A stretch of 64,000 nucleotides of DNA. Source: Naegleria gruberi. Taxonomy: Eukaryota. Under the pieces are notes generated by a model. That model did not search any database. It saw nothing but the letters and a program-made list of their open reading frames with translations, and was not told the DNA's origin. A program made the translations under genes and the position numbers. The stretch's first letter is position 1. Each line of letters begins with the position of its first letter. Where the stretch lies: assembly GCA_000004985.1 (NCBI GenBank), contig GG738867.1, one strand, 5' to 3'. Positions 10,677 through 21,672 of this stretch are shown here, one piece after another.

Positions 10677-11105
10677 ATGGCTTATTTACTTCCACACTTG
10701 AATTCTGGATGGGCTGTTGATCAGGCAATAGTAACAGAGGAGGATAGAATTATTGTGATACGGTTTGGACATGACTGGGATGCAACTTGTATGGAAATGG
10801 ATGAAACTTTGAGTAAAATTGCGGAAAAAGTAAAGAATATGTGTATTATTTATTTAGTGGATATTACTAAAGTACCAGATTTTAACAAAATGTATGAATT
10901 ATATGATGCCTGTTCGGTGATGTTTTTCTTTAGAAATAAGCATATTATGATAGATTTAGGAACTGGTGATAATAACAAAATTAATTGGGCAATAACTGAC
11001 AAACAAGAAATGATTGATATTATTGAAACTGTGTATAGAGGAGCTAAAAAAGGAAGAGGTTTGGTTATTTCACCAAAAGATTATTCAACGAAACATAAAT
11101 TTTAA
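10677..11105 (+). CDS. dim1: Dim1 / TXNL4A thioredoxin-like U5 snRNP protein, 142 aa
   Basis: Near-identical to the universally conserved Dim1 sequence: MAYLLPHLNSGWAVDQAIVTEEDRIIVIRFGHDWDATCMEMDETL...VISPKDYSTK. Confidence 0.9.
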   Translation: MAYLLPHLNSGWAVDQAIVTEEDRIIVIRFGHDWDATCMEMDETLSKIAEKVKNMCIIYLVDITKVPDFNKMYELYDACSVMFFFRNKHIMIDLGTGDNNKINWAITDKQEMIDIIETVYRGAKKGRGLVISPKDYSTKHKF

Positions 11106-11129
11106 TTTTCTTAGAAGAAATGGAATAAT

Positions 11130-12839
11130 TTATTCTCGATTATTGGTCATTTCTAATTTAAAACATAGAGCAAATACTTTGGAATTTTCTAATTGATATT
11201 CTAATATTATTTTGTCCATACAAAGAAATAGAGTTATTTCAAAGGATGGCGTTTCATTCCAAATTTGCTTAAATACTTTCTTTGGTATAGAGTCAGCAAT
11301 ATTAAATTTGGAAATGATATCGCCACTACTATTTCTTATCAGAAATATATCTCCATTGGATAGTAATCCACACATCAAGTCTGTTTCACTATCATAATCG
11401 AATGCTAATAATTCTGTTATGAAATATGAATCAACTCTTTTAGCAGCTCTCTTAGGTCTTTCTGTACTTGGATTATTTCTATTTCTTGAGACTAAACTCA
11501 TAATATTGATTTCATAATTCAATACCAATTCGTTAGATCTCTTATTAACCGAAATATTTCTGATAAAATTAGGATGAATGAAAATAATTCTTTCATATCT
11601 GTCTACCATTAATTCTGGGCTCACGGCTACACCTGTTAGTTTTTCATTGAACATGATCAAATCGTGTGGATCATTAATTTTACATAGCCTGTTGTTTTCT
11701 GTTTTCTTTTGATTGATTGCCCAGAGCTCATATCTTAGTTTGTTATTTTCTTTGAGTTTTTGAAGTGTTGTAATTGCACCTGGTATTGAAACATCAAAGT
11801 AAATGAAATCAGATTTCAATATTACTTTACAAAATCCATTAGTATTCAATTGAATAATTCCATTACTAGATGTATAATTTTTGTAACACTTTGGTTTTGC
11901 TGAAGAAAATGCCAATAATGGATAGCTTATTGGTATTGAGGTGTCAATCGTCATTAATGGAAGAGAATTCGGATCAATATCAAGAGTTATTGGTATTCTC
12001 TTTTTCATTCCATAATAATCTTGAACAAGATCAATATCACTTGCCAATAATGTTGTAAAATTTTGAATAAATTGATCTAGATTATAAATCTTGATTTCAT
12101 CATTCTCATATCCAAGAAACATCATTGAACTTTGTAAAGAAACTGTTGATAACTGTCGGCCGAATACATTCCTCTTTAGAAGAAACTTTGTTTTTAATCC
12201 GAATGAATGTGAATTCTTCTTAAAATTCAACACAGTTATTTCAATAGCACTTCTATCTTTTAAATTTGAAACAAAATAAATTGATTCATAATGATGATTA
12301 ATTCTAATTTTCGTTAAACCAACTGAGGAATATTCCGACTTTTGAGACCCCAAATATAAATACAGAGGCATATTATCCTCTTTAATTACCTGACTATTCT
12401 CACTATTAAAATGATAGAGATAATTTGATTTTGTAAGGCAAATGGTTTGATTCCAATAAGAACTTGATGGATTTGAAATAACCATCACATCACAAATCTT
12501 ATCATCCAATATTTCCTCACTATTCTTTTTCTTTTTTCCAGTTGATTTCGTATCAAGACTAATGTTATGAAATAAATTACCATCATCATTATAAACTTTC
12601 TTATAATTAGTTGTAAAGAATTTCTCTGCAAATACAATATTATCCTTATCTTTCAAATGATAATTATAATTATATGAATATAATTGGGATTGAATCATTG
12701 ATTCGGAAAGTATTTCCTTGTAATGAAATGCATCAGATGCATAATAATTATGAGGATTTTTCTTTGACTGATCCCTAAAATCAATGGAACGATTGAATAA
12801 TTTTCTACAAAGTGACATTCTATTATCCTGTTGTTGCAT
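11130..12839 (-). CDS. hypothetical protein, 569 aa, single exon
   Basis: Long uninterrupted minus-strand ORF with genome-typical codon usage. No domain recognised with confidence. Confidence 0.5.
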   Translation of the reverse strand: MQQQDNRMSLCRKLFNRSIDFRDQSKKNPHNYYASDAFHYKEILSESMIQSQLYSYNYNYHLKDKDNIVFAEKFFTTNYKKVYNDDGNLFHNISLDTKSTGKKKKNSEEILDDKICDVMVISNPSSSYWNQTICLTKSNYLYHFNSENSQVIKEDNMPLYLYLGSQKSEYSSVGLTKIRINHHYESIYFVSNLKDRSAIEITVLNFKKNSHSFGLKTKFLLKRNVFGRQLSTVSLQSSMMFLGYENDEIKIYNLDQFIQNFTTLLASDIDLVQDYYGMKKRIPITLDIDPNSLPLMTIDTSIPISYPLLAFSSAKPKCYKNYTSSNGIIQLNTNGFCKVILKSDFIYFDVSIPGAITTLQKLKENNKLRYELWAINQKKTENNRLCKINDPHDLIMFNEKLTGVAVSPELMVDRYERIIFIHPNFIRNISVNKRSNELVLNYEINIMSLVSRNRNNPSTERPKRAAKRVDSYFITELLAFDYDSETDLMCGLLSNGDIFLIRNSSGDIISKFNIADSIPKKVFKQIWNETPSFEITLFLCMDKIILEYQLENSKVFALCFKLEMTNNRE

Positions 12840-13086
12840 TTTTTTTTACTTTGAAACAACTAAAATTTTGGTAACACCCAAGTTTGTAAGAAATGTTGTA
12901 AAAATATTTCAGCACCATTTGAATTTAAATGAGTTTTTGCTTAATTTTCTCTATTCGGTTAGTATGAGAATTTGTACCATTTTTGAATTCTAAAATTGAA
13001 TCGAGACCGTGATGATTCATTGTAAGTTGTTCTTATAATTTTGGCGGTAATCTTTTCACGTTTTTTAATTTAATAATAATAAAAAA

Positions 13087-14192
13087 ATGCCAAATCTCTC
13101 GGCAATGTTTGCCAACTTGACGAAGGGTCTTCGTGATGGAATGAATTTTCCATTTGCGATTGAAATTTTTGCAAAGTCAAAGACTTTGAAACCACTATTT
13201 GTGCAATGTTTTATTTTGAATGGATTTTTATTTGTTGGAAGTATTATATTTTTCGATTATATTGCTGCTCCATTGTTTGATTCTGCAAGTTCTTCTTCGG
13301 GTGCTCTGAATAATATAAATAATGATAATAGTATGGATGTATCGGGAGGTTCTTATGATTATATTTCTATTATACTTGGAGTTTTATTTGCTAGTTTGAA
13401 GAATGTATGTTGTTGTAATATTAGGTAGTTGTGGTGGATGATTTATTTCGGATTAATAGTTATTTTGGATTTGGCCTCTTTATACTATCAGTTTTATTCT
13501 TTCTGCTTCGTGGTATGATGGAATTGCAGAACATGTTGCTAAAAAACTCTCACTTCACACAAGAGCTGCCAACTCGAATACAAATACGAATAGTTTGGAT
13601 TTTAGAAGGTAATTATTTGAAATTTAAATGAAATTCTCAATTTTGAATATTATTAGTAATATTATTAAGAAAATTAGTGACCTTATTTATAGGCCTATTA
13701 TTTTCTTGGTATTTGTAACTCAAGCCTCATTACTCTCCTTAATTCCAATGGTTGGAACTGTGGCAGGTTTTGTTTTATATAGTTGGCTTTATGCATTTTA
13801 TGCATTTGAATATGTATGGTCTTATAAGGGATATTCATTGAAGAAGAGAATTAAGTATTTCGAAGAAAGATGGGGTTATATGCTTGCTTTTGGTGCGCCA
13901 AATGCCTTAATATCAAATTATTTCCCATTCTTTTTATCTTCAGGTGTTTGGGCCATGATTTTCCCAATTGTAAGTTTATTGAAATTTAATTATTGAATAT
14001 TTAATAATTTTTTAGTTTATTGTTTTAGCAATGGTAAGCAAACCACCATCAGCAAGTGAAGTTGAAAGTGAAAATCTGAAACCATTTAAAATCTTCGCTA
14101 CAGCAATTCAATTTTCTAGCTGGATTCTTAACCTTGTTAAACGTGTTGTTCAAAATCAAAATCAAGAACAACCAAACAAAAAGGAGGATTAG
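13087..14192 (+). CDS. EI24 (etoposide-induced 2.4 / autophagy-associated TM protein) homolog, about 4 exons
   Basis: Multi-pass TM protein. KTLKPLFVQCFILNGFLFVGSIIFFDYIAAPLF aligns with human EI24 [63 protein letters not shown] aligns with [34 protein letters not shown]. Introns are GTAAGT-type. The last exon ends at TAG 14190-14192. Confidence 0.6.
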
Positions 14193-14229
14193 TGTAAAAT
14201 ATTGAAATTCTGTAAATATGTAAAATATA

Positions 14230-16584
14230 TTAGTTATCAGATCTTAATGAATAAAGAATAGCGCAAACAGTTGCAATAAAAGGTAAAACAACCATCCATT
14301 TGAAGAAGGAGAAGAATGAAATGTTAAAGCTCAATGTGATATGGTCAGTGTATAATTGACTAAATTCGTTTCTCATTTCAACAGAAACCATAGTGTTATG
14401 CAATCTGTCTTCAGGAGAAGTCAATTCAACTCTGTATGAACCTGGTTGAGTGTACTTTTGTTCGAAAAGAACTTTAGAGGCACCAAGAACAACACGAACA
14501 TCATAGGTAATTGGAAGATGATCTTTGGAATTCTTTCTGTTATCAATAATTTCGAATTCAATGGCAAATTTGGATCCAACAATATCCTTATATTCTCTGT
14601 TTTTGATATAAATACCATACAATCCGTTTCTATACTTGAATCCATTCTCGAATTGCATTTGGTAAGCAGTTGTTTTAAGTGGGTGGTATGGTGATTCAGT
14701 AGACAAACAGATAAGATTACCGTTCATAGTACTGACAAGGAGATCAAGTTTTCCATTTCCAGTTAAATCATCAGCAAGAACTTGACTGTATGATTTTTCT
14801 CCAATATCAACCTTATCAACGCAACCACTCTTACCATTAACAATATACAAATATCCATCAAATGAAGGCAAAACAATATCGAGAGAATTATCAGATCTTG
14901 TTCCATTTGACAAATCAATAAGGAGTGCAGGACTGTAAATTGATGAGCCAGTCTTAACCGGGAAGTGTGGTAAAACTTTACCAGTTTCACCTGAAACAGC
15001 CCAAATATGTCCAGTTGATGTACCAACAACCAAATCCAATTTACCATCACCATCAACATCACCAACAGTTGGAGCTTGAGCAGCTGATCCTGAAAGTCTT
15101 TGAGACCAAATTTCCTTACCCTTACCATCGAAACAAACAAGGTTAGAGTTAAAATCAACAGCACAAATTTCAATATATCCATCTTGATTGATATCTTCAG
15201 CAATAACTTGTCCTTGAATTTCACCCATCAAAACTGGGAATCCATCCAATAATTTTCCTTGATTGTTATAGGCATAAATCCATCCCAATCCAGTACCAAC
15301 AATAACATCCAATGATCCATCACCATCAATATCGGCAACAGTTGGATTACCATAGATATAAGCCTTTTGTTTAACATTATCTGTTGTCATATCAAGGTGA
15401 GCATGCCATTTAATTTTTCTTGTAGATAAATCATAAACAGCAATGCCACCTGCTACATATTTGTCCATATCAATATCAACGTCAAGCTCAAACATATTTT
15501 GATGATAATATTCTCTATCATAGAAATATGAAACTGATGCGATCAATTCTTCCTTTCCATCATTATCAATATCAGCAATAACTGGTGTAGATAAGATGTG
15601 AGCATCTACAGTAATAAATTCCTTTCCATCTTTTTTAACAGTAGTGTGATGAGAGAAATGTTTGTGTTCTACTGATTCAATTTTTTCTCCAATGAAAGGT
15701 CTCAAAGATTGAGGAGTGTGAACTTTTTGTTGAACTAATGAAAGAGATGCTCTTGCTTCTGAGCTCAATGATCCTTCTGTTGAAGTTGGAGCCTTTGCAA
15801 CTTGAAGTAATTTTCTCTTTTGCTTGGAACGAGTTCTTGGATTTTCTTTTGGTGTTTCTTTAGGAGCATCCTTTGGCTTATTCTTAGCAACCTCAGCATG
15901 CTTTTCAGATTCCTTTTGTGAGAGAGAAATAGATACATCAAATTTTTCATTTTCCAAACCCTTATACCAGAATTTATCTACCATTAATCCTGGAACTGCA
16001 AATGTCTTATCACTGAGTAATTCACCTTTCCAATTGAAAAACAAAATTTCACCATTTGCTGTGGTAACAACAATATCTTTGATATTATCACCATCAATAT
16101 CGTGAAGAACAATTGAAGAGTGAGAGGCAAGTTGGCTATGAGCATAAGGCCAATGGCTGTTACCTTCCTTGTGTTCAGCTCCACTATCACCATTTAAAAC
16201 TTGAATGTAGCGAACAAATGTTGGTACAACAACAAATTTCTTGTCTCCATGTTGATTTGATTTTACATTCATCAAATTTGTAATGATCGGTGTTTGATAG
16301 ACGGAACTATCTACATTGGATCTCCATGTGATACCAACATCAAGTTTACATTTTCCTTTGTTTCTAATCTTTGTTGCATCAGTGTTATGTTTAACATCTT
16401 CTGCCGAGACGGCTGTAGTTTCTGAAAATTTACTCTTTGGTTGATCAGCATCTTTTCTAATAGGTTTTGATTGTTGGGCATTCACATGATCAATAATAGA
16501 AAGGCTATTCATCAAAATAAATAAGCCTAAAATCAAAGCGATGAAGGGCAGCAATGATTTAGCCCCGATGCTTTTCGTGAACAT
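14230..16584 (-). CDS. FG-GAP (integrin-alpha-like beta-propeller) repeat membrane protein, DEX1/ITFG1-like, 784 aa, single exon
   Basis: N-terminal signal anchor LLPFIALILGLFILM. Multiple FG-GAP/Ca-binding repeats: DIDGDNIKDIVV, DIDNDGKEELIA, DIDGDGSLDVIVGT, DVDGDGKLDLVVGT, LTGNGKLDLLVST. C-terminal TM WMVVLPFIATVCAILYSL. Confidence 0.75.
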   Translation of the reverse strand: MFTKSIGAKSLLPFIALILGLFILMNSLSIIDHVNAQQSKPIRKDADQPKSKFSETTAVSAEDVKHNTDATKIRNKGKCKLDVGITWRSNVDSSVYQTPIITNLMNVKSNQHGDKKFVVVPTFVRYIQVLNGDSGAEHKEGNSHWPYAHSQLASHSSIVLHDIDGDNIKDIVVTTANGEILFFNWKGELLSDKTFAVPGLMVDKFWYKGLENEKFDVSISLSQKESEKHAEVAKNKPKDAPKETPKENPRTRSKQKRKLLQVAKAPTSTEGSLSSEARASLSLVQQKVHTPQSLRPFIGEKIESVEHKHFSHHTTVKKDGKEFITVDAHILSTPVIADIDNDGKEELIASVSYFYDREYYHQNMFELDVDIDMDKYVAGGIAVYDLSTRKIKWHAHLDMTTDNVKQKAYIYGNPTVADIDGDGSLDVIVGTGLGWIYAYNNQGKLLDGFPVLMGEIQGQVIAEDINQDGYIEICAVDFNSNLVCFDGKGKEIWSQRLSGSAAQAPTVGDVDGDGKLDLVVGTSTGHIWAVSGETGKVLPHFPVKTGSSIYSPALLIDLSNGTRSDNSLDIVLPSFDGYLYIVNGKSGCVDKVDIGEKSYSQVLADDLTGNGKLDLLVSTMNGNLICLSTESPYHPLKTTAYQMQFENGFKYRNGLYGIYIKNREYKDIVGSKFAIEFEIIDNRKNSKDHLPITYDVRVVLGASKVLFEQKYTQPGSYRVELTSPEDRLHNTMVSVEMRNEFSQLYTDHITLSFNISFFSFFKWMVVLPFIATVCAILYSLRSDN

Positions 16585-16805
16585 TTTTTTGATTGCAAAA
16601 ATGTTTTACTTCATCACAATATGCTGTGTGGCTCTTTCTAAGAGGAGGTTTTGCTTACGTGTTTTTCAGTGTAATTATTAATATTAATATTAAATATATT
16701 AAATTAAAAAGTGTATTACAATATATTATACATGACTATTACAGCTGATTGAGTGGTTCATTAGCTAAGTTACTACTACACCTTCAATTTAATTGAAAAG
16801 AAAAA

Positions 16806-19151
16806 ATGTCGCAAACAATTACTTGTTTAGATTTAGTAGAAGAAACTCTAAAGGTTAATTTGGATCATTTTCTTCGGAATGGTCAAGTTGAAGAGTGTTT
16901 TGAAAGATCTAGATATGATCAGTTTTTATCATTCCTCGATAAGAATATTTTCAATCAAGTTTGTCAAGCTAATAGTAGTCATCTATTCATTTCAAAGGCT
17001 GGATTATATGCAATTTATAATACTTTATTTGTTTTAAATAAGAGTGAAGAGTCATCACCTATTCTATGTATGAAAAGATGTATGATTATTACATTGGGAA
17101 TGTTTTATAGAAATGAAGGATTATTCAATGAACATTATTGGACATTGCCGACCAATGAAAAGATTGAAAATAATTTATTTAAGAATTACATGATTGAAAT
17201 GTTGAGAATTAATGAATCTTCTATGGATTTTACAATGAATTTAGATGATGTTGATTTTTTGAAAACTTCAATATTCAATTCTCTTTGTACATTCCTTGAT
17301 TGCCACAACAGTTCAATGAATTGGTTCACGAATGAGATTGATTGCTTTGAGACGATTTTTAAACATAATATTAAGAGTGAAAATATATATTTAAGACAGG
17401 CATGTATACAGTGTTTACTATTAGTTTCGCAGTATTGGTATCAGAATGGAAAGGGGGATTTTCTAATCAGAAAGATTTTAGATTTATTGGAACCTTTTAA
17501 GAAGGAAAATATTTTAGAATATTTGGAATTTATTCTTCAATTAGTAACTCTGAGTTTTAATGACCATAATAATACATTTGATTTTACAATGATGAGGCCT
17601 TTGAGTACAACCATTCTTCAAGAGGTTCTGCTACAAACAAAACTGATTGAAATTTTGATTCAGGATGATTCTATTTCTGAGACACATGATTTGAGAGTTG
17701 TAGAAAGGCTATACGACATTTTAATTTACCTTTCTAATCACTCAAGTGTTGAGAATTCAAATTCATTGCTAAAGTTATCAGGTCCATGTGATTCTATTGG
17801 ACATACAATTGAAATTATTCAACTATGCCTTTTATCAAATGATAATGGATTCCAAGAAATTGGTATCAAAATTATTTCCAACTTTTCCAAAGAAATTTTA
17901 TTTATTAAGCTTGCAGACAAGATTATTCCACTCATGTCAATACTAATCAATATGTGGAAATCTCTAATTAATCCAGAAACAAACTCTTTCACCAACTTTA
18001 CCTTTATGAGCATGAAACAAAAGGGAAAATTTATTTTAGGCATAACCAAATGTCTCACTAGATTCATTAATGATAAATCCATCTCAAATCTATTTGAAAA
18101 AATGGCTCTACAGAATACCATTATTGAAACTGCTAGATTGTACGATCACATTAATAATCCCCTTTGCTCTAAAGTATTTGAGTTACTGTATAGTTGGTCC
18201 TACCACTCAAATATTCAACTTGATACTGAGCATTCTAATTATTTATGGTTTCTTTTTCACAACACACTGGTACCAAAGACATTCACCGTAGTTAGCAAGA
18301 TTATTCCACTTGTATGTTTGGATGAAGAGCAAACATTTGCCATTGTATCTGATAGATGTTTGGATATGAATTGGGAAATACGTGATTCAGTAATTGATTT
18401 TTTAAGATTTATATTTATTGAGAGCAATAATCATCCTTCATTCTTAAAGATTGCAAATTATTGTTGTGAAAAGCAATCAGATCTCCTTAAATTAATTGAC
18501 CAAAAGCTTGTTGACAAGGAACACTTTGTTGTACTCATGACCTTCAAAGCTCTCTATTCAATGATACTATTTATGGTTAATTCAAAGAAATCACCAATGA
18601 CTATTCAATTTTTAATCAAAATATTTGAGACAGCCAACCAGAACACAGAATATTTCATTAAGAAGGAAGCTATTGAGATTTGCAAAAACTTGATTGTCAA
18701 AAAGGTAATAACACTGACTGACATTTTAGAAAATCCAACTATGGTGAAGTGTATATCAACTGTTGTTGAGTTTTCATCAATGGAATGTGATGTTGAGGTA
18801 GCCAACCAATTTTTACAGTTATCGAATGTTATCATTAATTTACAAGATCAACCTATTGCACAAGTTCTACAATTTCTGATAGAAATTAACTCTACACCAG
18901 TCATTAAGGAATATTTCGAAAATACCATGGTTGAAAGTAACAATAATCTATCCATTTCAATAATTGCGAACATTTCAAGACAATTATCAAATCTTCCACT
19001 TTCATCTCCTCTTCTTAACCATTCATTCTGTGAGTTCATTCAATCTTGCCATACTTCCCTCCATCATCACGATAATCACCACGAACATGTTTCTCTAGTT
19101 CAGGATTTCTTTAATTTTGACAATGATGATTATGATTGTCAGTGTTGTTAA
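16806..19151 (+). CDS. hypothetical protein, 781 aa, single exon, helical/ARM-like, His-rich Cys-ending C-terminus
   Basis: Uninterrupted ORF. C-terminus reads HHHDNHHEHV...DYDCQCC. No family assigned. Confidence 0.55.
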   Translation: MSQTITCLDLVEETLKVNLDHFLRNGQVEECFERSRYDQFLSFLDKNIFNQVCQANSSHLFISKAGLYAIYNTLFVLNKSEESSPILCMKRCMIITLGMFYRNEGLFNEHYWTLPTNEKIENNLFKNYMIEMLRINESSMDFTMNLDDVDFLKTSIFNSLCTFLDCHNSSMNWFTNEIDCFETIFKHNIKSENIYLRQACIQCLLLVSQYWYQNGKGDFLIRKILDLLEPFKKENILEYLEFILQLVTLSFNDHNNTFDFTMMRPLSTTILQEVLLQTKLIEILIQDDSISETHDLRVVERLYDILIYLSNHSSVENSNSLLKLSGPCDSIGHTIEIIQLCLLSNDNGFQEIGIKIISNFSKEILFIKLADKIIPLMSILINMWKSLINPETNSFTNFTFMSMKQKGKFILGITKCLTRFINDKSISNLFEKMALQNTIIETARLYDHINNPLCSKVFELLYSWSYHSNIQLDTEHSNYLWFLFHNTLVPKTFTVVSKIIPLVCLDEEQTFAIVSDRCLDMNWEIRDSVIDFLRFIFIESNNHPSFLKIANYCCEKQSDLLKLIDQKLVDKEHFVVLMTFKALYSMILFMVNSKKSPMTIQFLIKIFETANQNTEYFIKKEAIEICKNLIVKKVITLTDILENPTMVKCISTVVEFSSMECDVEVANQFLQLSNVIINLQDQPIAQVLQFLIEINSTPVIKEYFENTMVESNNNLSISIIANISRQLSNLPLSSPLLNHSFCEFIQSCHTSLHHHDNHHEHVSLVQDFFNFDNDDYDCQCC

Positions 19152-19180
19152 AGAAGAAAATTAAGATTAGAGAGGAAAAT

Positions 19181-20725
19181 AAATTATTTACTGGAATTGA
19201 AAAGTACACTCGCTTTCTCAATTTGTTGCTGTACATCAGTTAAGGTATAGTTCTTTTGCTCAATAATAAAAAATAGTTCTTTTTCAGCAACAGACTTTAA
19301 GGCAACCCAACCTTCTTTCTTGTTTTTCAGAATAATTTCTTTTGCCTGATTACTATTAAGGAAATTGTTTCAATTCAACATTAAAGACAATAATATACTT
19401 ACACTTTCAATTGGGAACGTATGGTACACAAATTTTGAAGAGTTTCCTTAAGTGCCAATGATGGTGTTTGCATGTTGAGACTTGTTTTAAGAGCCAAACT
19501 CGAACCATTAAAGAAAATATATTTCAAAACACTATCACCACTATTTTAAAGAAGTATGTAATCAACAAAATTATCACAATTGTTTAAACTTACTTTTTGA
19601 AAATATAATCAGATAGTGTCTTGTAAAGATTGTTAATATCCTCATTCAAATAATCTCTCAAACTCGTGTAAAATGTTAAATTTGAGCAAACTGTTGGATC
19701 CACGAATAAAACTAATTGAAGTCTATTCATCTAAATATCATAAGTTAATATTTTGTACTTGTATTATGAAATATTCTTACCTTGTAAATAATAACATTTG
19801 ATCCTTCTGTTAAATCACCATTAATAAATACTTTTGGTGCACTGAATCGTGTAACTGAAGATTGAATATCCTCTGGACCAGTTATGAAAATACCAGAGGT
19901 AGTATTTGCATTCTGAGAATTATACTTGACTCTCTCATCAATAATATTGGAAAGATATTGTGAAATAATTCTACTCTCCTCTTGAGAAATTCCATTATAA
20001 ACTAAATATGAATCAAAAATAAATAAACATCCTCTAATTACTTCATCCCTGCTCGATGAATTTGGTATTTTAGCTTTAGATTTAAATGAACTGAATTTTG
20101 AAACAACTTGATTGATAAATGATTGAATACTGAGAAAATCATTTGGTAAAATTGGAAGATAATGAACTCCTCCAAGAATATCAAAAATATTCCAATTATT
20201 GAAACTTGCATTCTTCCAGTAATTTTCCAAAAACAAGTCCATAGTTGCTCTCAAAGATTCAATACCATTTGTATTCACAATATTATCCATTTCACCATGA
20301 AATATTCTAAATGTTCTATAGGCATCTTGTAATTTAGATTTTAATAATAAATAGGGTAAATTTCCGTCATTATAAACAGAAAAATCTTGAATTGGACCAG
20401 TTGTACTCAAAGCTGTAACGCCCTGATATGTGTGTTTAACAAATAATGCCATCCAATAACCTGGTTCAGGTTCAATAAATACAAATTTTGAATTATCAGT
20501 AAATAGCGAATCACAAACTGTTTCCGATCCAAATGTTTTTGAAAAGTGTGTCAATGCTTCCACAACACCAACACTAATCATCTTGTCGTTGAGTGGTTTG
20601 TTTGGTGGAAAATATCCAATAATTTTCAAATAATCATCCTCTTCGGCTCTTCCTTCAAATTTTCTATTAAAAACAAAACATTTTTCAAATTGAATGACAA
20701 TATCATCCACATTTGATGATGACAT
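19181..20725 (-). CDS. ccz1: CCZ1 (Mon1-Ccz1 Rab7 GEF subunit) homolog, 4 exons
   Basis: Exon 1 is 19783-20725: FVFNRKFEGRAEEDDYLKIIGYFPPN...VGVVEALTHFSKTF aligns with human CCZ1 FIYNPRFGPREGQEENKILFYHPN...VGLCEAIVQFTRTF. Downstream exons are about 19690-19732, 19416-19555 and 19181-19350. These give NRLQLVLFVDPTV (human AAVCFMIDASV), LKYIFFNGSSLALKTSLNMQTPSLAL (human FKFIYFNHMNLAEKSTVHMRKTPSVSL) and EIILKNKKEGWVALKSVAEKELFFIIEQKN (human EIIVKAMSDYWVVGKKSDRRELYVILNQKN). Confidence 0.7.
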
Positions 20726-20802
20726 TTTTTTACAATTTAATCAAATAATAATTTAATTATTATTTATTATAATATCTACACATAGCAAACAATATTGTAC
20801 AA

Positions 20803-21388
20803 TTATCCTGGAGGCCATTTGAGTTGTCTACCACCAATCATGTGAATATGGAGATCTGATTTTCATATAAATTCATTAAATTGATAAAATTAAGAGTAAG
20901 AACAATCCACAAAACAATAATCACTTCTACTTACAGTTAATAGATTGTTGTCCATGAATACCACTGTTAATAACCAAACGATAACCATCCAACAAATCTT
21001 CTTGCTTGGCAACTTGACCAGCAACAAACAACAAGTGTCCCAAAGCAGGGGCATCACTTTCAGTAGTAGAATGAACATTACCAACTTGCAAAACCTTGGA
21101 AATGATCAAATAGTGAGCAGGGGCTTGTGGATTAATATCCTTGAAAGCAAGAGTCTTATCGTCCTCATAAACTTTAGCACAAGCCAATTCACCACGAGCA
21201 AACTTGGCAAACAATGTTTCACTTGGATTAACAGCAAGATGATCGGCTGATACTCCAGGCTTCTCTCCCGAACTACTCATTTTGTATGATGATGAAGTAT
21301 GAAAGTATGAAAGACTTGTATTTTTTTGATGATGAATTAAAGATTGAAAGGCTTGATGAGATTCATTCCGAGAAAAGATTGTCATCAT
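20803..21388 (-). CDS. HINT (histidine triad nucleotide-binding protein), 2 exons
   Basis: Exon 1 is 20935-21388 (probable start MSSSGEKPG): DTLFAKFARGELACAKVYEDDKTLAFKDINPQAPAHYLIISK aligns with HINT1 [42 protein letters not shown]. The donor is T|gtaagt. Exon 2 is 20803-20855 and completes the HIT motif as ...[21 protein letters not shown], compare QSVYHVHLHVLGGRQM. Confidence 0.7.
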
Positions 21389-21672
21389 GATGTGATTTCA
21401 AATGAAGAAATTTGTGTGTGTGGTTTTTATTAAGTCGACAGTTATGGAAGATTATAGATTACTAACCTTTTGATGGTGATCGGAGAGATGATAAAACACC
21501 CCTACCATTACTAATTCCAATTTTTTTCATTTTAATTTATTAAAGTTAATAATCAATTAATAGTAACAAAATAGTATTGATTGAACAATTATTTAAATGT
21601 GATGGTTGAAGTTCAAGCCAAACAATTAATTGAAATCATTGTAAAACAAAGCCAGGATTAGTTCGAAAAAAA

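Noticed and set aside
14421-15224. Antisense/alternate-frame ORFs (14421-14645, 14446-14694, 14763-15224) inside the FG-GAP gene. Similar small ORFs sit inside the Ca-ATPase, PGM2, 2OG oxygenase and INTS4 genes
   Set aside because: They are embedded in long conserved CDSs, lack homology and have atypical composition. They are chance ORFs in AT-rich DNA.
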